DNA of 34,127 nt, taken from positions 1-34,127 of the forward strand of contig JAYZQJ010000224.1 in NCBI GenBank assembly GCA_036149055.1, written 5' to 3'. The first letter of the stretch is position 1. Each line of letters opens with the position of its first letter. A program made the position numbers and the translations under genes. Positions 1 through 8,143 of this stretch are shown in pieces. The notes beneath the pieces were generated by a model. That model saw only the letters and a program-made list of their open reading frames with translations, was not told the DNA's origin and did no database searches. This stretch comes from Myxococcota bacterium. Lineage in GTDB: Bacteria > Myxococcota_A > Polyangia > Polyangiales > Sandaracinaceae.

Positions 1-72
1 GCTCGCGCCGCCGCTCGCGCCGCCGCTCGCGCCGCCGGTCGCGCCGCCGCTCGCGCCGCCGGTCGCGCCGCC
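1..72. repeat. 12-bp tandem repeat (G[C/G]TCGCGCCGCC) x6 encoding GGAS/GGAT on the minus strand
   Basis: Six consecutive units read directly at 1-72, plus a degenerate seventh at 73-84. Confidence 0.95.
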
Positions 73-483
73 GCTCGCTCCGCTCGGCGGTGAGCTGGCG
101 GGGGCGGCGGTGATCCCTCCGGGGGCCGGCGCGCTCCAGCCGTCGCTCGCGCTCCCGGTGGCGGCCGCGACCGGCGTGACGGAGACCTCGCTCGTCTCGA
201 CGCGCGCGTCGTCGACCGTGTGCACCGCCGGGGTCGCCGCCGTCGTCCAGTCGGCGCCCTCGAAGCCGGGCAGCCGCGCCTCGGCCGAGACCTCGGCGCG
301 CAGGCCGCCCTCCATCACGAAGCCGGCGCCCGGGCGCTGCTCGACGATGACGACGCCGCCCTCCGTCCGCTCGACCTGGACGGTCGCGGTGGCGGTCGGG
401 GGCTCGCCTTCGAAGAAGACGGCGCCGCAGCCGGTGGAGGCCAGCGACGCGAGAGAGGCAAGGAAGAGGGGGCGGTGGATCAT
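1..483 (-). CDS. Putative lipoprotein with Gly/Ala/Ser/Thr-rich linker, 3' end truncated by the window edge
   Basis: Translated manually (absent from ORF track): ATG at 483, GGAGG about 10 nt upstream, MIHRPLFLASLASLASTGC (lipobox-like Cys), open to position 1, ending in GGAS/GGAT repeats. Confidence 0.75.
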   Translation of the reverse strand, partial: MIHRPLFLASLASLASTGCGAVFFEGEPPTATATVQVERTEGGVVIVEQRPGAGFVMEGGLRAEVSAEARLPGFEGADWTTAATPAVHTVDDARVETSEVSVTPVAAATGSASDGWSAPAPGGITAAPASSPPSGASGGATGGASGGATGGASGGASGGAS

Positions 484-637
484 CGGGGTCGAGCCTCCAA
501 GGAAGGAACGTGCCAGCGCCGCGTCGCGCGCTTCCCGCCGGCGTGCGTGACCCGGAGTTCACTCTCGCGAGGGATCCGTGAACCGCGGATCACGGGGACG
601 GGGAGGTCGCGTTCGCGCACGTTGGATGGACGCGCGC

Positions 638-673
638 TTGACCCGTTCGATTTAAGTGTTTACCTGACACAAA
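638..673 (+). promoter_or_regulatory. Putative promoter (-35 TTGACC) with overlapping palindromic operator TAAGTGT-TTACCTG-ACACAAA (NrtR-like GT-N7-AC core)
   Basis: TTGACC at 638-643; GTGT 656-659 and ACAC 667-670 separated by 7 nt, in an AT-rich island just upstream of the ATG at 685. The -10 hexamer is weak. Confidence 0.5.
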
Positions 674-684
674 GGTTAGAGACG

Positions 685-1578
685 ATGAGCATCGAAGCCC
701 TCGCCTGTCCGCACTGCACCGCGCCGATCGCGCCCGACGGCTGGAAGTCGGCGGTGTGCGCGTACTGCCGGAGCGTGCTGGTGGGCTTGCCGCGCGCCTG
801 GTGGGCGCGACCGGTCCCGGTGCCGCCGTGGTCCGGTCGCTCGGCCGACGCCGGGGCGCCTCGGGTCCGGCTCGGTGAGCGCGCGTGGGTGCTCGGCGCG
901 CGGCTCGGGGTGGGCGCTCACTCGGAGGTGTTCCGGGCGCGTCGCGACGCGCGGCTTCCGCTGGGCGCGGTGTTGAAGGTGGCCACCGACGACGGCGAGG
1001 CCCTGCGCCGTGAGCTGCGGGTGATCCGGCGGCTGCGACAGAGCGCGGCGCGAGGGAGCGACCACTTCGTGCGGCGGCTGCCGGCGCCGGTGGCGAGCGG
1101 CGCGCTGCGCGGCGACGCGATCTCGGCTGGTGGCGCGCCGTTCGCGGTCGCCTATCGCGCGCGCCCCGGCTTCACCCGCACGCTGGCCGACGTGCGCGGC
1201 GCCGTGGATCCGCGGGTGGCCGTCTGGGTGGGCAAGCGTCTGCTCGAGCAGCTGACCTGGTTGCACGGCGCGGGCTTCGCCCATCGCGCGATCGCCGCCG
1301 AGCACGTGCTCGTGCACGAGCGCGATCACGGCGCGACGCTGATCGGCTGGTCGGAGGCCCGCTGGCTCGGCGGCGGTGACCCGGCGTCGCATCGGGCCGA
1401 CGTCGCGGCCGCGCTCGAGGTCGCCGGCGCGCTGCTCGATCGGCGGGCGCCGCGCGCGCTGCGCCGCTTCTTCCACGCCGCCGGATCGACCGACGCGTGG
1501 GCTCGTCACGCCGCGCTGGTCCGGGTGTCCGCCGAGACGCTCGGGGCGCCGCGGCACGCACCGCTGAACGCAAGCTGA
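685..1578 (+). CDS. Zn-ribbon plus protein-kinase-fold protein (probable pseudokinase)
   Basis: Start at ATG 685 (MSIEALACPHC...CAYC). Gly loop LGVGAHSEV, AVLK lysine, helix-C Glu present; catalytic loop reads HRAIAAEH and the DFG position reads IGW. Confidence 0.8.
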   Translation: MSIEALACPHCTAPIAPDGWKSAVCAYCRSVLVGLPRAWWARPVPVPPWSGRSADAGAPRVRLGERAWVLGARLGVGAHSEVFRARRDARLPLGAVLKVATDDGEALRRELRVIRRLRQSAARGSDHFVRRLPAPVASGALRGDAISAGGAPFAVAYRARPGFTRTLADVRGAVDPRVAVWVGKRLLEQLTWLHGAGFAHRAIAAEHVLVHERDHGATLIGWSEARWLGGGDPASHRADVAAALEVAGALLDRRAPRALRRFFHAAGSTDAWARHAALVRVSAETLGAPRHAPLNAS

Positions 1579-1588
1579 GGAGGTCGAC

Positions 1589-2494
1589 ATGGGATACGGG
1601 AGCTACAGCATCGACGCGCACCGCGCGCTCACCACCGCTCGGGCCAGCGCGCCGCGCGAGGTCATCTTCGAGCAGCGGGACTGCCACCCGTTGATGAACC
1701 CGAAGGGGATCCGCGTGCGCGAGAGCCGCGACAGCGAGACCCACCCCGAGTCGATCGGCGTCGTGTTCGCGCTCGACGTGACCGGCTCGATGGGCGCGAT
1801 CCCCGAGCGCCTCGCCCGCGAGGACCTGCCCACCTTGATGGAGCAGCTCCTCGCGGTCGGCGTCGAGGACCCGCAGGTGCTCTTCATGGCGGTGGGTGAC
1901 GCCACCTGCGATCGCGCGCCGCTGCAGATCGGGCAGTTCGAGTCCGAGGCCGAGCTCATGGATCAGTGGCTGACCTGGAGCTTCCTCGAGGGCGGGGGAG
2001 GGGGCGGCGATCGGGAGTCGTACGAGCTCGCGATGTACCTCGCGGCGCGTCACACCGCGATGGACTGCTGGGAGAAGCGCGGGCGGCGCGGCTACTTCTT
2101 CATGACCGGCGACGAGAACCCGTACCCGTTCGTGTCGCGACGCCAGGTCGAGGGGCTGGTCGGGGACGCGCTCGACGACGACCTGCCGGTCGAGCGGATC
2201 GTGGAGGAGCTCGCCGTGACCTACGAGCCCTTCTTCCTCATCCCGGACGCGAACCGGGCCCGCCGGTGCGGCGATCGGTGGCGCGAGCTGCTCGGCGACC
2301 ACGTGCTCGAGCTCTCGAGCCCAAAAGACACGGTGCACGTCGCGGCGGCCATCGTGTCCCTGTGCGAGGGGCGCCTCCCGAGCGTCGACGCGGTCGGGGA
2401 GCAGCTCCGCGCCGCCGGCCTGTCGCGCGCGCGGGTCGGCGGCATCGTCTCGGCGATCGCGCCGTTCGCCGACACCTGGAGCCCGGCGGCGTGA
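1589..2494 (+). CDS. von Willebrand factor A (VWA) domain protein
   Basis: GAGGAGG RBS; MIDAS-like DVTGSMG, downstream GGGGG..ESY loop and FMTGDE. Confidence 0.85.
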   Translation: MGYGSYSIDAHRALTTARASAPREVIFEQRDCHPLMNPKGIRVRESRDSETHPESIGVVFALDVTGSMGAIPERLAREDLPTLMEQLLAVGVEDPQVLFMAVGDATCDRAPLQIGQFESEAELMDQWLTWSFLEGGGGGGDRESYELAMYLAARHTAMDCWEKRGRRGYFFMTGDENPYPFVSRRQVEGLVGDALDDDLPVERIVEELAVTYEPFFLIPDANRARRCGDRWRELLGDHVLELSSPKDTVHVAAAIVSLCEGRLPSVDAVGEQLRAAGLSRARVGGIVSAIAPFADTWSPAA

Positions 2495-3837
2495 GCCGAC
2501 GCGCCTCGATCGTCGTCGACCTCGGCTTCGGCGACGCGGGCAAGGGCACGGTCGTGGACTTCCTCGTCCGCGACCGGGCCGCCTCGCTCGTGGTCCGCTT
2601 CAACGGCGGCGCCCAGGCGGGCCACGGGGTGGTGACCGACGACGGCCGGCGCCACGTCTTCGCGCAGCTCGGCGCGGGCTCCTTCGTGCCCGGGGTGCGC
2701 ACCCACCTGAGCCGCTTCGTGGTGGTGCACCCGACCGCGCTCCTGGTGGAGGCGCGGCGCCTCGCGGCGCAGGGCGTGACCGACGCGCTGGCGCGGCTGA
2801 CCCTCGACGAGCGCGCGCTCGTGACCACGCCCTACCACCAGGCGCTCTGCCGGCTCCGGGAGCTGGCCCGGGGGGACGCCGCGCACGGGACCACCGGCGT
2901 CGGCGTGGGCGAGACGATGCGGGTCGCGCTCGAGGCGCCGGCGCTCGCCCTCCGCGCGGCCGAGCTGCGCGAGGGGCCGCGTCTCCGGCGCAAGCTCGAG
3001 GCCCTCCGGGATCACGCGGCCGCCGCGCTCGACCGGCTGACGAGCGACGACCCGCGCTTCGCCGTCGAGCGCGAGGCCGTGCTCTCTCCCGCCACCCTGG
3101 ACGCGTGGATCGACGCCCTCCGCCCGCTGCGCGCGGCGCGGGTGGTCGAGGGCCCCGAGGGGTTCGCGCGGCGGCTGGCCGAGGCGCGCGAGCTCGTCTT
3201 CGAGGGCGCGCAGGGCGTCTTGCTGGACGAGTGGCGCGGCTTCCACCCGCACACCACCTGGAGCACCTGCACCGCCGACAACGCGCTGGCCCTGCTCGAC
3301 GGCTGGGACGGCGAGATCGAGCGCCTCGGCGTGCTCCGGAGCTACGCCACGCGCCACGGCCAGGGGCCGTTCCCCACCGAAGTCGACGCGCTGCGGCGGC
3401 TGCCCGAGGCCGACAACCTCGACGCGGGCTGGCAAGGCCGCTTCCGGCGCGGATGGCTCGACCTGCCGCTCCTCCGCTACGCGCTCGCGTGCTGCCCGGT
3501 CGACGGCCTCGCGCTGACCCACCTCGACCGTGTGGAGCCCGGCTGGCGCGCCTGCGTGGGCTACGTCGAGCCGGTCGACCTCACGCCGGCCGTCGACCCG
3601 CACGACCTCGATCACGTCGAGCGGCTCGGTCGCCGGCTGCGCGCGGTGACGCCGATCCTCGAGCCCACCGGACCCGACCTCGCCTCCTGGCTGTCGGAGC
3701 GCCTCGCGCCACCGATCCGCCTCACCTCGTCTTCGCCCACCGCGTCCGGCAAGCGCTGGCGACCGGTCAGCTCCGCTGGCGAAGCAGCGCCCAGAGCGCC
3801 ACGGCGACCAGGATCGTCGCCGCGCCCGCGAGCGTGA
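2491..3837 (+). CDS. Adenylosuccinate synthetase-like protein (divergent PurA-family paralog)
   Basis: GTG 2491 overlaps the VWA stop (GTGA). Motifs DLGFGDAGKG, NGGAQAGH, HGTTGVGVG, FEGAQGVLLD, YATRHGQGPFPTE, RRGWLD, LTHLD. Confidence 0.9.
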   Translation: MSRRASIVVDLGFGDAGKGTVVDFLVRDRAASLVVRFNGGAQAGHGVVTDDGRRHVFAQLGAGSFVPGVRTHLSRFVVVHPTALLVEARRLAAQGVTDALARLTLDERALVTTPYHQALCRLRELARGDAAHGTTGVGVGETMRVALEAPALALRAAELREGPRLRRKLEALRDHAAAALDRLTSDDPRFAVEREAVLSPATLDAWIDALRPLRAARVVEGPEGFARRLAEARELVFEGAQGVLLDEWRGFHPHTTWSTCTADNALALLDGWDGEIERLGVLRSYATRHGQGPFPTEVDALRRLPEADNLDAGWQGRFRRGWLDLPLLRYALACCPVDGLALTHLDRVEPGWRACVGYVEPVDLTPAVDPHDLDHVERLGRRLRAVTPILEPTGPDLASWLSERLAPPIRLTSSSPTASGKRWRPVSSAGEAAPRAPRRPGSSPRPRA

Positions 3838-5059
3838 CCAAGGGCTGGGCGGCGACCGACCACACGATCATCCAGAGCATCAGCAGCACGAAGACGAGCG
3901 GCGTGACGGGGTAGCCCCAGGCGCGGTGCGGGCGGTGCAGGCCGGGGCGCCGCCAGCGAAGCACGAAGACGCCGAGCACGGTGAGCGCGGCGAAGAGCGA
4001 GAGGGTGAACCCGATGTAGCCGAGCAGCGCCTCGAAGCTGGCCGTCAGCACCATCACCGCCGCGGCCGCGCCCTGCAGGAGCACCGACGCGGTCGGGCCT
4101 CCGCCGGTGGCGCGGCGCGCGAGGAGCGCGAGGGTCCCGTGGTCGCGCCCCATCGCCTCGAGCACCCGCGTGCCGGTCATGATCAGCGCGCCCACCGTGG
4201 CCAGCAGCCCGAAGGCGATGATCGCGCTCATCGCGGCGCCGGCGCTCGGCCCGAGCAGGGAGACCGCGGCCACGTGGCCCACCTCGACCACGCCGCGGAG
4301 CGATCCCGCCGGCGCCGCGCCGAGGAAGACGACGTTGACGGCCAGGTAGAGCAGGGTGACGAGCGCGGTGCCGGCGATGAGGGCCAGCGGGAGCGCCCGG
4401 TGCGGGTCCTCGAGCTCCCCGGCGACGTAGGCGGCGGCGTTCCACCCGCTGTAGGAGAAGGTCACGTAGATCAGCGCCACCGCGAACGCCGGCGAGAGCG
4501 TCGCCTCGAGCAGGGGGCGCTCGCCGGCCGCGAGCCGCGCCGGATCGATGCCCGCGCCGGCGAGGGCGACGAAGCCGACGACGAGCAGGATCTTGAAGGC
4601 GGTGAGCGCGTCCTGGACGAGGCTGCCCGCGCCGACCCGGAAGGCGTGCGCGGCCGACGCGAGGGCGACGAGGGCGAGGGCGGCCGGCAGCGCGGGGACG
4701 GCGGGCACGAGGGCGTGGAGGTAGCTGCCGAACGCGATCGCCGAGGCCGCGATCGGCGCCGAGAAGCCGACGACGAACGAGACCACCCCGGCCGCGAAGC
4801 CGACCGCGGGGTGATAGATCTCGCCGAGCAGCGCGTACTCTCCGCCGTTCTTCGGCAGCGCGGTGACGAGCTCCGCGTAGCTGAGCGCGCCGGTCATCGC
4901 GAGCACGCCGCCGAGCCCCCAGGCGAGCAGCACGGCGGGCGCGGAGCGGAGATCGTCGAGGAGCAGCCCGCTCGTCGTGAAGACGCCGGTCCCGACCATC
5001 GACGCCACGACCAGGAAGGTCGCGGTTCGCCCCGAGAGGCGCCGCTCGCTCGCGCTCAT
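3767..5059 (-). CDS. APC-superfamily amino acid permease
   Basis: ATG 5059 overlaps the P450 stop (ATGA). MVGTGVF, SYAEL..P.NGGEY, FSYSGW; many hydrophobic helices. The upstream part of the track ORF is spurious. Confidence 0.92.
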   Translation of the reverse strand: MSASERRLSGRTATFLVVASMVGTGVFTTSGLLLDDLRSAPAVLLAWGLGGVLAMTGALSYAELVTALPKNGGEYALLGEIYHPAVGFAAGVVSFVVGFSAPIAASAIAFGSYLHALVPAVPALPAALALVALASAAHAFRVGAGSLVQDALTAFKILLVVGFVALAGAGIDPARLAAGERPLLEATLSPAFAVALIYVTFSYSGWNAAAYVAGELEDPHRALPLALIAGTALVTLLYLAVNVVFLGAAPAGSLRGVVEVGHVAAVSLLGPSAGAAMSAIIAFGLLATVGALIMTGTRVLEAMGRDHGTLALLARRATGGGPTASVLLQGAAAAVMVLTASFEALLGYIGFTLSLFAALTVLGVFVLRWRRPGLHRPHRAWGYPVTPLVFVLLMLWMIVWSVAAQPLVTLAGAATILVAVALWALLRQRS

Positions 5060-6474
5060 GCAGCGTGGTGCACGGTCATCTTCATCCCGTGCTTGGGCCG
5101 GAGCGTGATGAGCGGCTCCATCTCCACCGGGTGTCCGGGCGCCAGGTCGAAGCGCAGCCGCCGGAGCAGGGTCGCGAGCAGGAGCTGGCCCTCCATCATG
5201 GCGAAGCCGGCGCCGATGCACATGCGCGGGCCGGCGGCGAACGGGAAGTACTGCGCGCGGTGCATGCGCTTCACCCGGTCGGGCGCGAAGCGCTCGGGGT
5301 CGAAGCCCTCGGGGTCGTCCCAGAAGCCCGGGTGTCGGTGGGTGACCCACTGCGAGAGGAACACGAGCGAGTGGGCCGGGATCCGGTAGCCGTCGACGAA
5401 GTCGTCCTCGCTCGGGCTGCGCCCCACCACCCAGACCGGCGGCCGCAGCCGCATCGACTCCTGGAGCACCTGCTTGGTGTACTGGAGCGCCTTGCAGTCG
5501 GCGGCGGTGGCCGGCCGATCGCCGAGCACCGCGATCGCCTCCTCCCGCACCCGGCGCGCGTGCTCGGGCGCGAGCGAGAGCAGATAGAGCGTCCAGGTGA
5601 GCATGTTCGCCGTGGTCTCGTGCCCGGCGAGGAACATCGTCATCACCTCGTCGCGGAGCTGGCGGTCGTCCATGCGCTCGCCGGTCTCCTCGTCCTCCGC
5701 CTCGAGCAACATCTGCAGCAGATCGTCGCGCCGCTCGCCGCGCCGCCGCTGCTCGATGATGCCGAGCACGATGTCGTCGAGCGCCCTCGCGGCCGCGCGG
5801 TAGCGGCGGTTGCGGGGCGTCGGCACCGACTCGGGCACCACCATCGGCGCGTTGATGCGGAGGTTGGCCTCGTGGAGCACGACGTCGAGCGCCTTGCCCA
5901 CCGCCTGCGCGCGGTCCGAGGGATCGGTGCTCAGCAGGGTCTCGCCGGCGATGCGGAGGGTGATCTCCATCATCTCGTGGGCGACGTCCACCGCGCTCCC
6001 GCCGTCCGCGGCCCGCGCGAGGCGCCCGACGAGCTCCTCCGCCGCCTGGACCATCACGCCGGCGAAGCCGTCGATGCGGCGCCGATGGAACGCGGGCTGG
6101 GCGATGCGCCGCTGCTTCAGCCAGAAGTCGCCCTCGCTCGTGACGAGGCCGTTGCCGAGGAACTCCCGCAGCCGCCCGTACCCGCGGGTCTGCTTGGTGT
6201 AGATGCGGTGGTTCTTCTGCAGCACCTGCTCCACCGCGTCGGGGTGCGCGAGCAAGGTGGCCTGCATGCCGAGGAAGTGGAACCGGACCACGTCGCCGTG
6301 ATCGAGGAAGGCGTTGGTGAGGAAGCCGAGCCGGTCGGTGAGCATCGGCCGGTAGTGGCCGAGCAGCGGGACGCCGGCCGGGCCGGGGGGCCACGGGTGT
6401 CCCGCGCCGTCGACCCCGCTCCGCCGGGCGCGCGCGGCCGCGAGCGCCGATCGCGCGGCGCGACCCAGCTTCAC
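5056..6474 (-). CDS. Cytochrome P450
   Basis: PPGP, AGHETT I-helix, ExxR (ESMR), PERF and heme motif FAAGPRMCIG. GTG 6474 overlaps the radical SAM stop. Confidence 0.95.
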   Translation of the reverse strand: MKLGRAARSALAAARARRSGVDGAGHPWPPGPAGVPLLGHYRPMLTDRLGFLTNAFLDHGDVVRFHFLGMQATLLAHPDAVEQVLQKNHRIYTKQTRGYGRLREFLGNGLVTSEGDFWLKQRRIAQPAFHRRRIDGFAGVMVQAAEELVGRLARAADGGSAVDVAHEMMEITLRIAGETLLSTDPSDRAQAVGKALDVVLHEANLRINAPMVVPESVPTPRNRRYRAAARALDDIVLGIIEQRRRGERRDDLLQMLLEAEDEETGERMDDRQLRDEVMTMFLAGHETTANMLTWTLYLLSLAPEHARRVREEAIAVLGDRPATAADCKALQYTKQVLQESMRLRPPVWVVGRSPSEDDFVDGYRIPAHSLVFLSQWVTHRHPGFWDDPEGFDPERFAPDRVKRMHRAQYFPFAAGPRMCIGAGFAMMEGQLLLATLLRRLRFDLAPGHPVEMEPLITLRPKHGMKMTVHHAA

Positions 6475-7943
6475 GCCGGCCTCCCGCGCAGCGCGGCGAG
6501 CGCGGCGCCGAGCCCCTCTCTCAACGCGTCGGTGGCCACCCCGTCGACATGATAGCCGCCGCGGGGGCGGCCGTCCTCGAGCGCGAGCCAGAAGGTGGCG
6601 CGCTCCCGGGCGGGGCCCCTCAGCGCGAGCTCGAGCCGCCCCGGCTGCACGTCGAGCGCCTCCCAGGTCAAGGGGCCGAAGGGCGCGCGGGCCCGCAGCC
6701 GACGGAGCGCCGCCGCGAGCTTGGCGTCGGTCGGCGCGTCGCCCAGCGGGTGCACCGGAGGTGAGATCGCCGCGAGCGCCGCCGCGAGCGCCTCGCGGTG
6801 CGCGCCCGGATCGCCGAAGACGGAGAAGGTCTCGTGGCGGGCGAGCGCGCCCTCGCCCCGGGGCCGCAGCTCGATCCAGGCGCCGTCCCGGCTGACCCGG
6901 GCGCTCTGCTCCGAGGTCTCGCGCACCGTCCACCCATCCCCGAGCGACTCCCGGAGGAGCGCGGCGCCCCAGAGCCCCAGGAGGCGGCCCCGGGGATCGA
7001 GCCGCTGGAGGGTCCGGGCGTCGATCGGCTCGAGCCCCTCGATGCCGTGGAAGCGCGCGTGATGCTCGAAGACCCCGCTGCAGCGATCGTCGAAGACGCA
7101 CGCGCGACACGTGTCGGGCTTGAGCTTGTCCCGGCGCTTCACCAGGTACTTGTTCCAGGGCCGGCTCAGCTGATCGTCGTGGTCGATCGCGATCGTCTCG
7201 GTGCGCTCGCCGTCGTGGTGGATCCAGGGGGCGAGGTCGGGCGCGGCGCAGTAGGGCAGGTTGCCCAGGTTCACGTCGAAGCCCTCGTCGAAGCCCGCGA
7301 TCATGCGCCGGAACGGCTCGGCGAGCGCCTCGAGCGAGGGCATGCTCGCCCGCAGCTCCTCCTCGGTGCGTTGCCCGGCGTCGAGCGGCCGCATCAGATC
7401 GAGGTGCAGCTGCGAGGCGCCGTGTCGGGCGAGCAGCGCGGGGAAACGATCGACGTCCTCGTAGTTGGACGTCACCACACACATGTTCACCGTGATCCGC
7501 TGACCGCGCGCCTGGAGGTTCTCCAGGGTCCGGACGATCCGTCCGAACGAGCCCGGCTTCCGGGTGGTCCGCTCGTGGCTCTCCCGGGTGGCTCCCTGAA
7601 TGGAGATACGCCAGGTGAAATTCCCTCCTGTCGCCAGGATGGCGTCCACGAATTCGGGACGCGCCGTCTTCACGCCGTTGGTGAAGATCACGATCTCCTC
7701 GAAGCCGAGGTTCACCGTTTCTTCAATGATCTCCATGAATTCCGGCTGGAGCGTGGGCTCGCCGCCGAGCAGGGTGATCTTGCGGTGGCCGAGCTCCCGG
7801 GCCTGACGGATCCGGCTGAGGATCGGCGCGACCGCCATCGGCCCCGCCTCCCCGAAGGCCGTGCGTTGACCGCTGACGCAGAAGACACAGCGGTTGTTGC
7901 ACATGTGCCCCAGCTGGATCTCGATCTGCCGGTCGGGCTCCAC
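6471..7943 (-). CDS. Radical SAM protein with SPASM/twitch-like auxiliary Cys cluster and C-terminal extension
   Basis: CNNRCVFC (CxxxCxxC), GGEP, TNG, NLPYC and CRACVFDDRC. Confidence 0.92.
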   Translation of the reverse strand: MEPDRQIEIQLGHMCNNRCVFCVSGQRTAFGEAGPMAVAPILSRIRQARELGHRKITLLGGEPTLQPEFMEIIEETVNLGFEEIVIFTNGVKTARPEFVDAILATGGNFTWRISIQGATRESHERTTRKPGSFGRIVRTLENLQARGQRITVNMCVVTSNYEDVDRFPALLARHGASQLHLDLMRPLDAGQRTEEELRASMPSLEALAEPFRRMIAGFDEGFDVNLGNLPYCAAPDLAPWIHHDGERTETIAIDHDDQLSRPWNKYLVKRRDKLKPDTCRACVFDDRCSGVFEHHARFHGIEGLEPIDARTLQRLDPRGRLLGLWGAALLRESLGDGWTVRETSEQSARVSRDGAWIELRPRGEGALARHETFSVFGDPGAHREALAAALAAISPPVHPLGDAPTDAKLAAALRRLRARAPFGPLTWEALDVQPGRLELALRGPARERATFWLALEDGRPRGGYHVDGVATDALREGLGAALAALRGRPA

Positions 7944-8143
7944 CGCACCAACCTACTTCATCGGCGCGGCGGAGAAAATGCGGGAGGCCCTCTGAAGGCG
8001 TGCAAATTCGTTGCTTTGTGGGCCGAATCGTGCAATCTGGGTCCCGCTCGTGGGGTAGGGACGGGCTAGGTCCTTTCTTTCGGGGGGTGTCAAACGCGTC
8101 ACCCCCGATGCCCCGCACGAGGCGAGCTCGGGAGAGTAGAGCC

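Noticed and set aside
499..516. Sigma54-like TGGCACG-TTCC-TTCCT on the minus strand
   Set aside because: The -12 GC is CC, and the implied TSS would fall downstream of the gene's RBS.
220..684. N-terminal 155 aa of the 220..1578 ORF
   Set aside because: It is the antisense shadow of the minus-strand lipoprotein and crosses the promoter; the real start is ATG 685.
1966..2490. N-terminal extension of the 623-aa PurA-like ORF
   Set aside because: Out-of-frame overlap with the VWA gene; PurA motifs begin right after GTG 2491.
2491..3837. PurZ (Z-genome, diaminopurine synthesis)
   Set aside because: The catalytic Asp is retained (GDAGKG, not GSxGKG) and there is no phage, datZ/mazZ or polymerase context.
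3767..3837. 71-bp convergent overlap between the PurA-like gene and the permease as a regulatory feature
   Set aside because: The PurA fold ends near 3760 and the tail is low-complexity run-on, common in GC-rich genomes.
5060..7482. Apparent long extensions or fusions of the permease (to 6394) and P450 (to 7482)
   Set aside because: Arg/Pro-rich off-frame read-through over neighbouring genes; 4-nt start/stop overlaps define the true starts.
7953..7961. Mini-ORF ATG-AAG-TAG as RiPP precursor or leader peptide for the radical SAM operon
   Set aside because: Two codons only, and it overlaps the putative -10 box.
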